In this document: positions 9,114-19,832 of the stretch, one piece after another
Position numbering within the stretch: the first letter of the stretch is position 1
Layout: each line of letters starts with the position of its first letter
Source: Candidatus Haiyanarchaeum thermophilum
Lineage (GTDB): Archaea; Nanobdellota; Nanobdellia; JAPDLS01; Haiyanarchaeaceae
DNA: 64,000 bases
Reading direction: 5' to 3'
NCBI GenBank assembly: GCA_025920425.1
Contig: JAPDLS010000001.1
Span: forward strand, 227,449-291,448
Translations under genes and position numbers: made by a program
Notes under the pieces: model-generated
Told to the model about the DNA's origin: nothing
The model's database searches: none
The model's input: the letters and a program-made list of their open reading frames with translations, nothing else

Positions 9114-10378
9114 GGATACTTACGAGTAGGTGTCCTAGGAAATGGGATTGCGTCTAATACGCTTTCAAGATCAAGGAGCCAAGTCAACAATCTCTCTATT
9201 CCCATCCCAAATCCTCCATGGGGAATGCTCCCATATCTCCTCAGATCCAAATACCACTCATACTCCTTAGGATTCATCCCGAATTCTCTAATCCTCTCAA
9301 TTAATTCCTCCTCGTCATCTATCCTTTCACTTCCTGAGCTAAGCTCTCCTATTCTTGGTACAAGGAGATCTACAGATTTCACCAGCTCCTTGTTGTTCTC
9401 ATAGGCCTTGCAATAAAATGCCCTAATCTTTCTTGGGTAGGCATATACAAACACAGGACCATCTTTGGCAAGAAATTTCTCCTCTTTAAAGCCTAAATCA
9501 TCTCCAAATTGGAGTTTGAATCCTCCCTCATTAAGTATCTTCAGAGCTTCATCATATGTCATCCTCCTAAAGGGCTTATTTAGCTTCTCCAGCTTCTCTA
9601 AATTTACCTTAAGTACCTCAAGCTCATCTTTACATTCCTCCAAAGTCCGCTTACATATTTCATATACCAGGTTTTCTTCCATTCTCATTATTTCATCAAT
9701 GGTAGCAAATGCCCACTCAGCTTCAGCATGCCAGTATTCTGTGAGGTGTCGGATCGTCCTAGATTTCTCAGCCCTAAAGCTTGGGGCAATGGTATAGATC
9801 TTGTCTATAGTAAAGATCAATGCTTCTGCATAGAGTTGCCAACTTTGGGTAAGGAATGCCTTATCATCGAAATATTTCACCTCAAAGAGAGTTGCTCCTC
9901 CCTCGCATGCTCCCGATACTATCATAGGAGGAGAAATCTCAATGAAACCATTTCTTTCAAAGAATTCCCGTATGAATTTCATTACTTTGCTCCTCACCCT
10001 GAAAATTGCACTCATTCTCCTACTCCTTATGGAGAGATGTCTTATATCTAGTAAGAAGGCCTTACTTACATCTCTACTTATCGGAAATCTCTCTGCTAAA
10101 TGAATTATCTCCAGATCATCCACTATCACCTCAAATCCTCCAGGAGCTCTCATGTCCTGATGAAGTATTCCCCTCGCCCTAATGCTGGATTCTATTGTAA
10201 CTCGCTCAGCTGTTTCAAATGCTTTACTCCCTCTCTTCACCACCAATTGAATTATTCCCTTTGCATCCCTAAGTACTATAAAGATCTTATCCTTAAATTC
10301 TCTCTTCCTATAAACCCAACCGAATAAGCTTACTTCAGCCCCCTCTCTCGCAGTTTTGAGTACATCACTAGTGTACAT
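9110..10378 (-). CDS. asnS: Asparaginyl-tRNA synthetase
   Basis: OB fold GWVYRKR, CEGGATLF, FRAEKSRTIRHLTEYWHAEAE, WYLDLRRYGSIPHGGFGMGIER. Confidence 0.94.
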   Translation of the reverse strand: MYTSDVLKTAREGAEVSLFGWVYRKREFKDKIFIVLRDAKGIIQLVVKRGSKAFETAERVTIESSIRARGILHQDMRAPGGFEVIVDDLEIIHLAERFPISRDVSKAFLLDIRHLSIRSRRMSAIFRVRSKVMKFIREFFERNGFIEISPPMIVSGACEGGATLFEVKYFDDKAFLTQSWQLYAEALIFTIDKIYTIAPSFRAEKSRTIRHLTEYWHAEAEWAFATIDEIMRMEENLVYEICKRTLEECKDELEVLKVNLEKLEKLNKPFRRMTYDEALKILNEGGFKLQFGDDLGFKEEKFLAKDGPVFVYAYPRKIRAFYCKAYENNKELVKSVDLLVPRIGELSSGSERIDDEEELIERIREFGMNPKEYEWYLDLRRYGSIPHGGFGMGIERLLTWLLDLESVLDAIPFPRTPTRKYP

Positions 10379-10394
10379 AGTTTAAACCAAAAGC

Positions 10395-11021
10395 CTAATT
10401 TTTATAAATCTTCTCAAAATACCAAATTCCTGCATCGAATTTGTGGAATTTTTTCCTGTGATACCAAATACAATGCTTAAGTCTGAATTCAAACCTATGG
10501 AGAAGGTGTGATGAAAAACCAAACTCCTTGGCAAATTTTTCGTAAAATTTGATAGAAGTGATCTTGTGAATGCTATATACTTTATTCGCAATTTCAAATG
10601 CTTTCCTCAGAAAAATTCTGTCATAGTGCTTCCGCTTTATTCCAAATGGAGGATTCATGATTACTACATCCACTTTCTGGGAAAAATCTTCTATATTCAT
10701 GCAGAGAAAATCGATTCTGCTCATCTCATACCTAGATTTCAACTCCTCATAGTTGCTTTTAGCTACTTCTATAGCTCTTGGATCTATTTCTATTGCCACA
10801 ACTTTCCTAGCTCCGAGAAGGGCGCTGCCTATTGCTAGAATTCCATTTCCGCACCCAAGATCTGCTACCAATTTCCCCTTTAAATCACCTCTTTGATAAG
10901 CTATCCAAAGTAATTGACCTGCGACCTCACTAGGTGTAGTATACTGTTCCCACCTTACATATCTCTTCTCAAGATCTTTAAGCCTTGATAAGATTATCTC
11001 CAATTCCTTCTTAGACTTCAT
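10395..11021 (-). CDS. METTL5-family N6-adenine RNA methyltransferase
   Basis: EQYTTP, DLGCGNG, MNPPFG, D..FLRKAF; start MKSKKELEI overlaps the gatE stop. Confidence 0.88.
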   Translation of the reverse strand: MKSKKELEIILSRLKDLEKRYVRWEQYTTPSEVAGQLLWIAYQRGDLKGKLVADLGCGNGILAIGSALLGARKVVAIEIDPRAIEVAKSNYEELKSRYEMSRIDFLCMNIEDFSQKVDVVIMNPPFGIKRKHYDRIFLRKAFEIANKVYSIHKITSIKFYEKFAKEFGFSSHLLHRFEFRLKHCIWYHRKKFHKFDAGIWYFEKIYKN

Positions 11022-12871
11022 TGCTTGAAGAGTTCCCTTACACACTTCTCAACAGTTGGATATTCTGCTCTTCCCCTTAACTCCTTCATCGCGATGTTCA
11101 GAGCTCTTTGAAGTCCAAGCTCCTTCAAATTTTTCCCAGCGAATAGCTCTCTAATTATTTTCCTCACCTCACATTTACTTAGCTTGGTAAGCTTCCTCTT
11201 AACAATTATCTCTGAAATCTCCTCTCCAGTTTTCAGAAATTCCTCCAAGACCAACTCACATGCTTCAAATACGATCTTATCTTCACTCAAAAGTCGAAGT
11301 AATTGCTTTATATCCTCTTTTCTAACCTGTGATACATCTAAACCTTTCTTCTTGAGGTTCTCCAACGAATTGAATAGCAACTTCGCTATTAAACTACCCC
11401 TCACCCCTTTGAATTCTTTCACCAGCTCCTCAAACCATTCAAGTTTTTCAGACCTAACTATCTGCTGAGCTAGCTCAGGGGAAAGACCAAGTTTGATGAA
11501 CTTCTTTATTTTCTCTTCAGGAGTCTCTGGCAATCTACTGGTAAGCATTTCTCTCTTAATTTTTACAGGAGGTAAGTCAGTTTCAGGATACATTCTACTA
11601 GCACCTGGTAACTTCCTCATGAATCTTGTAGTTAAATCCTCTTTTACTCCACGTACTTCATTTATTCCCCCATATTTGATAAGCTCAATCAATCTTTCAT
11701 ATGCCAATCTCAGTGCTTCAATAGCCTCTTCTTCCTTTCCGAAGATGAGAATGAAATTATCGTTTTCCTTAGACTTTATGTGCTCCTCTATCCTAAGAAC
11801 TTCAGTTTCACTGATCCCATATCCGGGCAATTCATCCCTATGAATGAAACCCTTTATCCTTGAGAAACTCGATATGTACTCGAGAATCTCTTGGGCTAAT
11901 CTTTTATTTGGTTGAATCTCCCACTTCATAAGTCCTCTGAAATCGGGGATTTTCATGCATAATACTTTCCCTCCACTATTCAGGGTTTTCCTTATCATCT
12001 CACACTTGGTATTGGTGAATATGTGAGATATGTCTTTACATTCAAATTTATGTCGAAGTAAGTGAGAATATCTCTGTGAGAGTTCATCTAAACTCAGCTG
12101 ACGAAGTATCTCATTTTCTATTATCTTTTCTAGATGTCTTAGATCCTGTACCCCTTTGATCTCTACTCTCCCCTTTCCCCTTACTGATACATTTACATCC
12201 TGCCTGATCGTGCCTATCCCCCTCTTCACTTTACCAGTCATCCTGAGGAGTAGGCCTATTCGCTCGGCACATTCTCTAGCCTCTTTCGGAGTACTCATAT
12301 CTGGCTCTGTCCTTATCTCTACGAGGGGTATTCCAAGTCTATCAAGTCTAAATACTTGCTCCTCTTCCCCTTCTGAGATTTTCCTAGCAGCCTCTTCTTC
12401 AAGTGCCAATAGGGAAATTCTCACTTTTCCAAATGAGCATTCTATATAGCCATTTTCTGCTACGAGCATGGTGCGTTGGAATCCTGAAACATTGCTTCCA
12501 TCTATTACTACTTTCCTCATCACGCACAATTCATCAAATATCTTCATGTGTAACATTCTAGCTATCTCTACAGCTATAGCCAGTGCCTCTTCATTTACTT
12601 GGTGAGGAGGTTCCTCATCTAGTTCTACTAAACAAGTTGTATCTGAATATGCCTCATAAATAAACTTCTTCCTCCGTATTTCCTCTTCCTTCGCAGCTAT
12701 ATCTACTTCCCCAAGCTCTCCAGCGACAGCCCTCAATCTTCTGCGTATTCTGATATCTGGAGGATCATTTCTCAGAATACTTGGGCAACTACAGAAGAGT
12801 TTATGTGTATCTAATTGTTGATGAATTTCCAACCCTATCTTCACACCGAGCTTCTTGTAATCTATCCCCAT
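11018..12871 (-). CDS. gatE: Glu-tRNA(Gln) amidotransferase subunit E
   Basis: [60 protein letters not shown]. Confidence 0.97.
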   Translation of the reverse strand: MGIDYKKLGVKIGLEIHQQLDTHKLFCSCPSILRNDPPDIRIRRRLRAVAGELGEVDIAAKEEEIRRKKFIYEAYSDTTCLVELDEEPPHQVNEEALAIAVEIARMLHMKIFDELCVMRKVVIDGSNVSGFQRTMLVAENGYIECSFGKVRISLLALEEEAARKISEGEEEQVFRLDRLGIPLVEIRTEPDMSTPKEARECAERIGLLLRMTGKVKRGIGTIRQDVNVSVRGKGRVEIKGVQDLRHLEKIIENEILRQLSLDELSQRYSHLLRHKFECKDISHIFTNTKCEMIRKTLNSGGKVLCMKIPDFRGLMKWEIQPNKRLAQEILEYISSFSRIKGFIHRDELPGYGISETEVLRIEEHIKSKENDNFILIFGKEEEAIEALRLAYERLIELIKYGGINEVRGVKEDLTTRFMRKLPGASRMYPETDLPPVKIKREMLTSRLPETPEEKIKKFIKLGLSPELAQQIVRSEKLEWFEELVKEFKGVRGSLIAKLLFNSLENLKKKGLDVSQVRKEDIKQLLRLLSEDKIVFEACELVLEEFLKTGEEISEIIVKRKLTKLSKCEVRKIIRELFAGKNLKELGLQRALNIAMKELRGRAEYPTVEKCVRELFKQ

Positions 12872-12872
12872 T

Positions 12873-13193
12873 TTAAAACATGCTTGGATTTATTAATAGA
12901 AATCCCATATCTATCATCGTATACTCTAAATTAAATTTCTCATCATATTCCTTAAGAAATTTGATGAAGAGCTCAGGGCTCAATTCTCCAGAGCTTACTG
13001 GATATGAGCTGAGATTATAGACCTTCACGTTATATTTCTTATGGAGTTCATCAAAACTCTCCCTAATTCCAGAAATGAGATTTACAAACTCAGGTTCAAG
13101 ACTCTCACTCCTGAGGATTGAGAATTTTACCTTCTTCAGTTGCAGTACTTCTAAGATCTTCTCCAATTTATCAAAAAGTTCCGGCTTGATCAT
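12873..13193 (-). CDS. Hypothetical protein between gatD and gatE
   Basis: About 106-aa ORF filling the gatD-gatE gap exactly, with genome-typical composition and no recognised motif. Confidence 0.7.
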   Translation of the reverse strand: MIKPELFDKLEKILEVLQLKKVKFSILRSESLEPEFVNLISGIRESFDELHKKYNVKVYNLSSYPVSSGELSPELFIKFLKEYDEKFNLEYTMIDMGFLLINPSMF

Positions 13194-14454
13194 GGAACTC
13201 ACTCCTCTCCTTTAATTCTCCAGCCATGTTCGTAAGCATTAATTTCTTTACTTCATCCAAGTCCTTAGTTTTTCCCAGCACATAAATTAATTTACAGTAG
13301 GCTACTTCAGGTAGCATATCCTCGCAGTAAATTGCCTTTCCTACCATTGAAACCAGCCTCAGATTTCTATAAACATATGGGTTCGTCCTCCCAAATAAAC
13401 ATTGAGATGTAATACAAACGGCTACTCCCTCCTCATATGCTCTCTTAAGCTTAGGGATGAAGGAGTATTTCTTGAAAGAAGTTGGTACGTGCCCAAGCCC
13501 TGTGCCAGCTATTACTATTCCTTTATAACCTCTATCTATAAAAAAATCTATTATTCCTGGATCAGCTCCGGGATAAGAGTAAATTAATGCTACTCTCGGC
13601 TCAAGCTTTAAATCCAACTTAATCCTAGATTCATCTCTCCTTCTATATGTATTAAGGAACTCTACCTTTCCATCGGAGAAGACCTTAGCTATAGGTTTAT
13701 CATTAATGCTCTGAAAGGCGTCTCTCCTTGAAGTATGCATCTTCCTAACCCTACAACCACGATGCAGATAACAGAAATCATCGTGTGATGAACCATGCAT
13801 ACATACCATTACTTCAGCAATATCTAAAGTGGCTGCCTTCACTGAACAGATGAGGTTGAGGAAAGCATCGCTCGAACCCCGATCGCTGCTTCTTTGAGAG
13901 CCAGTAAGCACTACTGGCTTATTCAGATTTCTTAACACGAAGCTGAGAATGGCTGAGGTGAAATGCATCGTATCAGTACCATGAGTTACCACTACCCCAT
14001 CCACATCTTCTTTTGTTAGCTCCTCAAATACTGCCCTTGCTATTCTCTTCCATAATCCTACGTGCATATCCTCGCTCATCACTTGCATTACTACTTTGCT
14101 TCTTAACTGAGCAAGTTTGAGGAGCTCAGGTACAGTGGCTAAGATATCAGAAAGCTCAAAACTGGCATGCACACCTCCGCTTAAATAATCTACTCTACTA
14201 GCAATTGTCCCTCCAGTAGATAGAATTGAGACCACAGGTAGACTCTCCTCAAACTTTATCTCTTTCCCTCTCTCCTGTTTGGGTTGAGGTAACTTTTTAA
14301 TCCGTTTAATTTGTTTTACTTGGCTCTTCCTTATCCTAATGTTGTAGCCATTTTCCAACTTCAGAATAATAAAACCTCTGTCAAAGATCTCTCCGGATGG
14401 CAACAGAATTCCTCTGTACTTGCCCGTCTTAGTTATTACCTCCACCAATTCCAT
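13171..14454 (-). CDS. gatD: Glu-tRNA(Gln) amidotransferase subunit D
   Basis: KLENGYNI, STGGTIASRVDY, HGTDTM, GSQRSSDR.SSDA, RKMHTSRRDAF, GTGLGH, EDMLPEVAYCKL. Confidence 0.97.
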   Translation of the reverse strand: MELVEVITKTGKYRGILLPSGEIFDRGFIILKLENGYNIRIRKSQVKQIKRIKKLPQPKQERGKEIKFEESLPVVSILSTGGTIASRVDYLSGGVHASFELSDILATVPELLKLAQLRSKVVMQVMSEDMHVGLWKRIARAVFEELTKEDVDGVVVTHGTDTMHFTSAILSFVLRNLNKPVVLTGSQRSSDRGSSDAFLNLICSVKAATLDIAEVMVCMHGSSHDDFCYLHRGCRVRKMHTSRRDAFQSINDKPIAKVFSDGKVEFLNTYRRRDESRIKLDLKLEPRVALIYSYPGADPGIIDFFIDRGYKGIVIAGTGLGHVPTSFKKYSFIPKLKRAYEEGVAVCITSQCLFGRTNPYVYRNLRLVSMVGKAIYCEDMLPEVAYCKLIYVLGKTKDLDEVKKLMLTNMAGELKERSEFHDQAGTF

Positions 14455-14659
14455 GTTTTGTAGATGGAATTTAAGTTTTTAACATTTATCACTATTCACC
14501 AGTAATTAATTGCTATCTTTCTCCCAATGCAGAAAATTTTTTAAGTATAGATCTTCACAGCAGAGTTAACTCTAGAAGTTGACCCCCCAGAACTCGTTCT
14601 TAGCTAGAATAAAGAGTGTAAAACAAATTTAAAAAGTTTTCGATGGTGAGGTGTACAAA

Positions 14660-15730
14660 ATGGAATCCATAATCGAAAATGCATTGAAGCAAGCCAAGCA
14701 AGAAGTAAACTTCGAAGCATTGATTGCAGGCCAAGCCAACATCAAAGTAATTGGTGTAGGAGGAGCTGGAAATAACATGGTGGATTGGCTATATCACAAG
14801 GGTGTGAAGGGAGCTAAGATTATAGCATGCAATACAGATAAAGTGCAGCTCGACACGAGAGATGCGGATATCAAGATCATCCTGGGAAAGGAACTTACCA
14901 AAGGTCTGGGAGCAGGAGGATATCCTGAAATTGGAGAGCAAGCTGCTAGAGAAAGTCAGCAGGAGATCAAGGAAGCTCTCCGAGGAGCCGATATGGTCTG
15001 GATCTGCGCAGGACTTGGAGGGGGAACTGGAACTGGAGCTTCTCCAGTGATTGCCCAAATTGCAAAGGAACTTGGAGCAATAGTGATAGGAGTAGTTACC
15101 ATGCCATTCAACATAGAGAGAGCTAGAATAGATAAGGCAGAAATTGGACTGCAGAAGCTTAGGGAAATCTGTGATACTGTAATTGTGATAGACAACAATA
15201 GGCTTGTGGAAATAGCTGGAAGTCTACCAATTACTCAAGCATTCGCTGTAGCTAACGAGCTCATAGCCACCATGATCAAGGGAATAGTGGAAACCATAGC
15301 TATTCCAAGCCTAGTGAACTTAGACTTCGCAGATGTAAAGGCTATAATGAAGAAGGGAGGAGTAAGTGTGATAGGAGTCGGAGAAAGTTCAACTGAGAAT
15401 AGGGTACAGGAAGCTGTGAAGAGGGCATTGGAGCATCCGCTACTAGATGTAAGTTATGAAGGAGCTACTGGAGCTCTCATCCATATTACTGGCGGTCCAG
15501 ACCTTACATTGGAGGAAGTGAATAGGATAGGAGAACTCGTTACGGCAAGCATAGATCCCAATGCTACTGTAATTTGGGGAGCAAGGATCCAGGACGATAT
15601 GGCTGGAAAGCTCAGAGTGATGACTATTGTCACAGGAGTAAAATCTCCATACATCCTTGGACCAATGAAGACTCAGAAGGTTGAGGGAAGAGAATTGAAT
15701 GAAGATTTAGGAATCTCAGTTATTCGCTGA
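14660..15730 (+). CDS. ftsZ: Cell division protein FtsZ
   Basis: [37 protein letters not shown]; GGTGAGGTG RBS. Confidence 0.97.
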   Translation: MESIIENALKQAKQEVNFEALIAGQANIKVIGVGGAGNNMVDWLYHKGVKGAKIIACNTDKVQLDTRDADIKIILGKELTKGLGAGGYPEIGEQAARESQQEIKEALRGADMVWICAGLGGGTGTGASPVIAQIAKELGAIVIGVVTMPFNIERARIDKAEIGLQKLREICDTVIVIDNNRLVEIAGSLPITQAFAVANELIATMIKGIVETIAIPSLVNLDFADVKAIMKKGGVSVIGVGESSTENRVQEAVKRALEHPLLDVSYEGATGALIHITGGPDLTLEEVNRIGELVTASIDPNATVIWGARIQDDMAGKLRVMTIVTGVKSPYILGPMKTQKVEGRELNEDLGISVIR

Positions 15731-15761
15731 TCATGCTCATTCTAGCACCCCCACCCTTTTT

Positions 15762-16289
15762 TTATTTTTTTCCAAACTCCTCAAAAAACACCACTTCTTC
15801 TAAAGGAAGCCTCCTGGGCTTGATGGTTTTCTCAGCGGGATAACCTATTGGAATAAGAGCATGTACTTCTATTTCTGGAGGTATATTCAAGATATGTTTC
15901 ACTGCTGTCTCATCAAACGCACCAACCCAACATGAGCCCAATCCGAGAGCAGTAGCTGCTAAAAGCATATTCTCTATTGCTGCTGCGCAATTCTGGATAG
16001 CATATAGTCTACCTCTCTCCCCATATCTCATGGTGACCCTACTAGTCTTCGAACATACAGCTATAATTACGTCTGCTGTTGTCATCCACATCTGGCCTAG
16101 AGCCGCCTCAGCTAACTGGAGCTTCTTTTTCCTGTCTCTCACCAGGATGAAAAGCCAATTCTGCAAATCTCCTGAACTTGGGGCATGTATGGCTGCCTCC
16201 AATATCTTCGATATTTTCTCATCTTCTACAGCTCTGTTTAGAAAACTCCTAACACTTCTCCTCCTAAAGATACACTCAAATACGTCCAT
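15762..16289 (-). CDS. Nitroreductase-family protein
   Basis: RRSVRSF, APSSGDLQNW, ENMLLAATALGLGSCWVGAF, IGYP. Confidence 0.92.
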   Translation of the reverse strand: MDVFECIFRRRSVRSFLNRAVEDEKISKILEAAIHAPSSGDLQNWLFILVRDRKKKLQLAEAALGQMWMTTADVIIAVCSKTSRVTMRYGERGRLYAIQNCAAAIENMLLAATALGLGSCWVGAFDETAVKHILNIPPEIEVHALIPIGYPAEKTIKPRRLPLEEVVFFEEFGKK

Positions 16290-16370
16290 AAGTTTGGATA
16301 GAACATTTTATAGTTAAAAAACCTATGCTTAACATAAAAATAAAATATTTCCCCCTCCTGTATTTTTATT

Positions 16371-18092
16371 ATGAAATTCGCTGAGGTAGTTAAGGTCTAT
16401 AAACAGCTCGAATCAACTACTAAAAGACTAGAGCTTACCTCTGTGGTAGAAAACTTCCTCAAACAAGTAGATACAAAATATCTTCCGAAAGTCCTGCTTC
16501 TCTTGAGCGGGGAGATCTTTCCTAAGTATACTGGGAAGGAAATAGGTGTGGCTTCTCAACTCTTGATTAGAGCTATTAGCATATCTACTGGCTTCTCGGA
16601 GGAGAAGATCAACGAGTTGTTCAAGAAGACTGGGGATTTAGGAATGGCAACTGAGGAAGCCGTAAAGGCTAGGAAGCAGTACCTCCTATTAACTAGAGAG
16701 CTTACGTTAGATAAGTTATTTGAGAATCTAGAAAAATGTGCAGAGCTCACTGGCCCAAGGACGGTGGATAGAAAGATAGGGCTGGTAGCAGAGCTTCTTT
16801 CTAATGCATCTGCCGAGGAAGCTAAATATGTGGTAAGACTGATCCTCGGGGAGCTAAGGGTGGGTGTAGCTGAAGGGATCATAAGAGATGCTATCGCTAG
16901 AGCTTTTCTAGTTAAGGATCCATCAAACAGGGAGGAATTGGAGAAAGCTATAGAAGCCGTAGATTATGCTTGGAATGTAACCTCAGATTTCGGAGAGGTA
17001 GCCAAAATTGCAAAAGAACAGGGAATTCAGGGATTGCTCAAGGTAAAGCCGATTTTAGGAAAACCTATCCAGCTCATGCTTGGAGAAAAAGCCCCAAATA
17101 TCGAGGAAGTGGTAAGGGAGTTCGGAAAAGTAGCTGCAGAATGGAAATACGATGGGGCGAGGGCTCAGTGCCACAAGAAAGGAGATAGGATCTGGATCTT
17201 CACGAGGAGGTTGGAGGATGTAACTACTCAATTCCCAGAGGTAGTAGAGATGTGCAGAAGGTGCTTAATTCCTAACGAATGTATTGTAGAGGGTGAAATC
17301 TTAGCCATAGATCCCAGAACTCAATCCCCACTTCCCTTCCAAGTATTGAGCCAGAGAATTCATAGGAAATATGAAATAGATAAGATGGTAAGGGAAATCC
17401 CAATCCAAGTAAATCTCTTCGATGTAGTATATGTAGACGGCAAAGTGCTCTTCAATATTCCATTCCTCGAGAGGAGGAAGATCTTGGAAAAAATAGTGAA
17501 AGTGGAGGAAGGCAAATTCCAACTGGCTAAACAGATAATAACCGATGATCTGAAGGAATTAGAGGAATTCTATCAAGAAGCTCTTAATGCCAAGCAGGAG
17601 GGCATATTTCTCAAAGTATTAAATTCTACCTACATGTTCGGTAGGAGGGTTGGAGGATGGTACAAGATAAAACCTATAATGGAAACTCTCGATCTAGTAA
17701 TAGTTGGAGCTAGTTGGGGAACAGGTAAGAGAGCTGGCTGGCTTGGCTCATTTGTACTAGCATGCAGGGATGAGGTAACAGGCAAATTCTTGGAATGTGG
17801 AATGCTGGGGACTGGAATAAAGGAAAAGAAAGAGGAAATTACCGACGTAACATTTGAGGAACTTACCAATCTGCTCAAACCACATATCGTGGCTGAGAAG
17901 GGAACTGAAGTGAGAATAGCTCCGAAGTTAGTGATAGAGGTAGCTTATCAAGAAATTCAGAGGTCCCCCCACTACGCTAGCGGTTTTGCACTCAGGTTTC
18001 CAAGGCTGGTGAGAATAAGATTTGATAAATCTCCAGAAGAATGTGATACCTTGGAGAGGGTTAAGGCCCTTTATGAAATGCAGAAAAAGTGA
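16371..18092 (+). CDS. lig: ATP-dependent DNA ligase
   Basis: EWKYDGAR (motif I), VEGE, LFD, EGIFLK, WYKIK, DLVIVGA, ALRFPR. Confidence 0.97.
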   Translation: MKFAEVVKVYKQLESTTKRLELTSVVENFLKQVDTKYLPKVLLLLSGEIFPKYTGKEIGVASQLLIRAISISTGFSEEKINELFKKTGDLGMATEEAVKARKQYLLLTRELTLDKLFENLEKCAELTGPRTVDRKIGLVAELLSNASAEEAKYVVRLILGELRVGVAEGIIRDAIARAFLVKDPSNREELEKAIEAVDYAWNVTSDFGEVAKIAKEQGIQGLLKVKPILGKPIQLMLGEKAPNIEEVVREFGKVAAEWKYDGARAQCHKKGDRIWIFTRRLEDVTTQFPEVVEMCRRCLIPNECIVEGEILAIDPRTQSPLPFQVLSQRIHRKYEIDKMVREIPIQVNLFDVVYVDGKVLFNIPFLERRKILEKIVKVEEGKFQLAKQIITDDLKELEEFYQEALNAKQEGIFLKVLNSTYMFGRRVGGWYKIKPIMETLDLVIVGASWGTGKRAGWLGSFVLACRDEVTGKFLECGMLGTGIKEKKEEITDVTFEELTNLLKPHIVAEKGTEVRIAPKLVIEVAYQEIQRSPHYASGFALRFPRLVRIRFDKSPEECDTLERVKALYEMQKK

Positions 18093-18156
18093 AAAGGAGA
18101 AGATTTATAAGGATGAAATTTAATATTATAAACGTTTATTATTGGAAGGTGGAAAA

Positions 18157-18957
18157 ATGGTAGTAAGCGAAGACCTGCTTGCGAGACTTAGGAAAATTTT
18201 CGATCTAAATCTGTATGAAGTTAAGATCTGGACTGCGCTCTTAAGTAAAGGAGTAAGCACCGCTGGAGAACTCAGTGAAATTTCTGGAGTTCCAAGATCT
18301 AGGACGTATGATATCCTCGAGAGCTTAGAGAGAAAGGGATTCGTGATCATGAAGCTAGGAAAACCCACTAAGTTCATAGCAGTCCCTCCATCTGAGGTAA
18401 TAGAGAGGTTTAAGAAGGTAGTAATGGAAGAAGCAGAGAGGAAGTTGCAGCTAATAGACAAGATAAGGGAAACAGAAGTCTTCCAGGAGCTCAATAAGCT
18501 CTATGAGAAGGGGGAAGAATATGTAAAAGCTGAGGAGATAAGTGCAATGTTGAGAGGAAGCCTTAATGTCTATAGTCAACTTAGCGATCTTATGAAAAAG
18601 GCTCAAAAGAAGATATACATCGTAAGCTCTGAGGAAGGAATTATAAGAAAGGTGGAGAAATTGCTTCCTGTACTCCAAAAGGTAAGGAACAAAGGGATCA
18701 AGATCAAAGTAGCATTCCCTATCACCGAAAAGAACAGAGAAGTAGTTGAGGAGCTGAAAAAGGCTGCAGAAGTGAAGAACTTAAAGGATGTGAATGCTAG
18801 ATTCTGCGTGATTGATGGTAAATATGTTGTATTTTTCCCTACCCCAGATACAGTAAGCCCAAACTTTGAAACAGCCATCTTAGTCAACAGCGAACATTTG
18901 GGAAAAGCATTAGATTATATGTTCGAGAATCTCTGGGAACAGCTGAAGAAGAGTTAA
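18157..18957 (+). CDS. TrmB-family transcriptional regulator / chromatin protein (TrmBL2-like)
   Basis: LNLYEVKIWTALL..TAGELSEISGVPRSRTYDILESL wHTH plus PLD-like C-terminal domain. Confidence 0.9.
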   Translation: MVVSEDLLARLRKIFDLNLYEVKIWTALLSKGVSTAGELSEISGVPRSRTYDILESLERKGFVIMKLGKPTKFIAVPPSEVIERFKKVVMEEAERKLQLIDKIRETEVFQELNKLYEKGEEYVKAEEISAMLRGSLNVYSQLSDLMKKAQKKIYIVSSEEGIIRKVEKLLPVLQKVRNKGIKIKVAFPITEKNREVVEELKKAAEVKNLKDVNARFCVIDGKYVVFFPTPDTVSPNFETAILVNSEHLGKALDYMFENLWEQLKKS

Positions 18958-19796
18958 GCCATTAATCTCAGTAAGGGAGAAGATGGAAAAAGAGAAAACA
19001 GAAGTTTCCACAAATCCAATCTCTCCTCAAAGCCTTTAAATCTTACCTCCTTCACTTTGCTCAACTCCTTAACCATCTCTTTTACTTCTTTCTCACTCCC
19101 CAACTTGTCTACAAGTCTGAGCTCGAGAGCCCTCTTACCTAAGAAAATTGATCCATCTGCTATCTCTGCTACATAGCTCTCATTCAACCCCCTATTTCGA
19201 GCCACATCTTGGATAAACTTCCTATGGATTTCCCTCACTATTTCCATGAAAATATTTATTTCCTCCTCAGTGGGTTTCTTGAACGGGGAGCCTATGTCCT
19301 TTCTTTCCCCTGAGACGATTCTGATATATGATATGTTATATCTCTCCAAAAATCCTGAGAACTCTAAGTAACTGGCAGTAACTCCGATGCTCCCTGTGAG
19401 ACTAAAATCATTAGCTATTATCTTGTCACAGTAGGTAGCAATCCAGTATGCCCCTGATGTACCCATTTCCCTAATCCAAGCCACTTTGGGCTTATTTATC
19501 TCCGAAAGTTTCCTTATCACCTCATCTATAGCTACTACGCTCCCTCCAGGAGAATTTATCTCGAGCACGATCGCCATAATGTTCGGATCTCCTGCTGCAA
19601 GCTCTAGTTGTCTTACTATCTCTACACTGCTTACACCTCCAAAAATTGAACTATCACTATTTATTTCCCCAATTATCCTTATTAACGCCACATTCTCCAC
19701 TTTCCTCAGGCTAATTGTGAAAAGGAAGAGAATGAATAGAGTTACCGCACATAGAAGGAGAAGGAATGCCTTTCCCCTTATCTTCCTTTGCCTCAT
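18954..19796 (-). CDS. sppA: Signal peptide peptidase SppA (S49)
   Basis: N-terminal TM, INSPGG, SGAYWIA, TGSIGV, KDIGSPFK. Confidence 0.93.
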   Translation of the reverse strand: MRQRKIRGKAFLLLLCAVTLFILFLFTISLRKVENVALIRIIGEINSDSSIFGGVSSVEIVRQLELAAGDPNIMAIVLEINSPGGSVVAIDEVIRKLSEINKPKVAWIREMGTSGAYWIATYCDKIIANDFSLTGSIGVTASYLEFSGFLERYNISYIRIVSGERKDIGSPFKKPTEEEINIFMEIVREIHRKFIQDVARNRGLNESYVAEIADGSIFLGKRALELRLVDKLGSEKEVKEMVKELSKVKEVRFKGFEERLDLWKLLFSLFPSSPLLRLMA

Positions 19797-19832
19797 CTTG
19801 GAAGCGAGAGCTATACAACTTTATAAACCTTT

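Noticed and set aside
14603-15746. GCTAGAAT upstream of ftsZ is complementary to ATTCTAGC just after its stop
   Set aside because: Only 8 bp, so chance is likely, and the upstream copy has a local pairing partner
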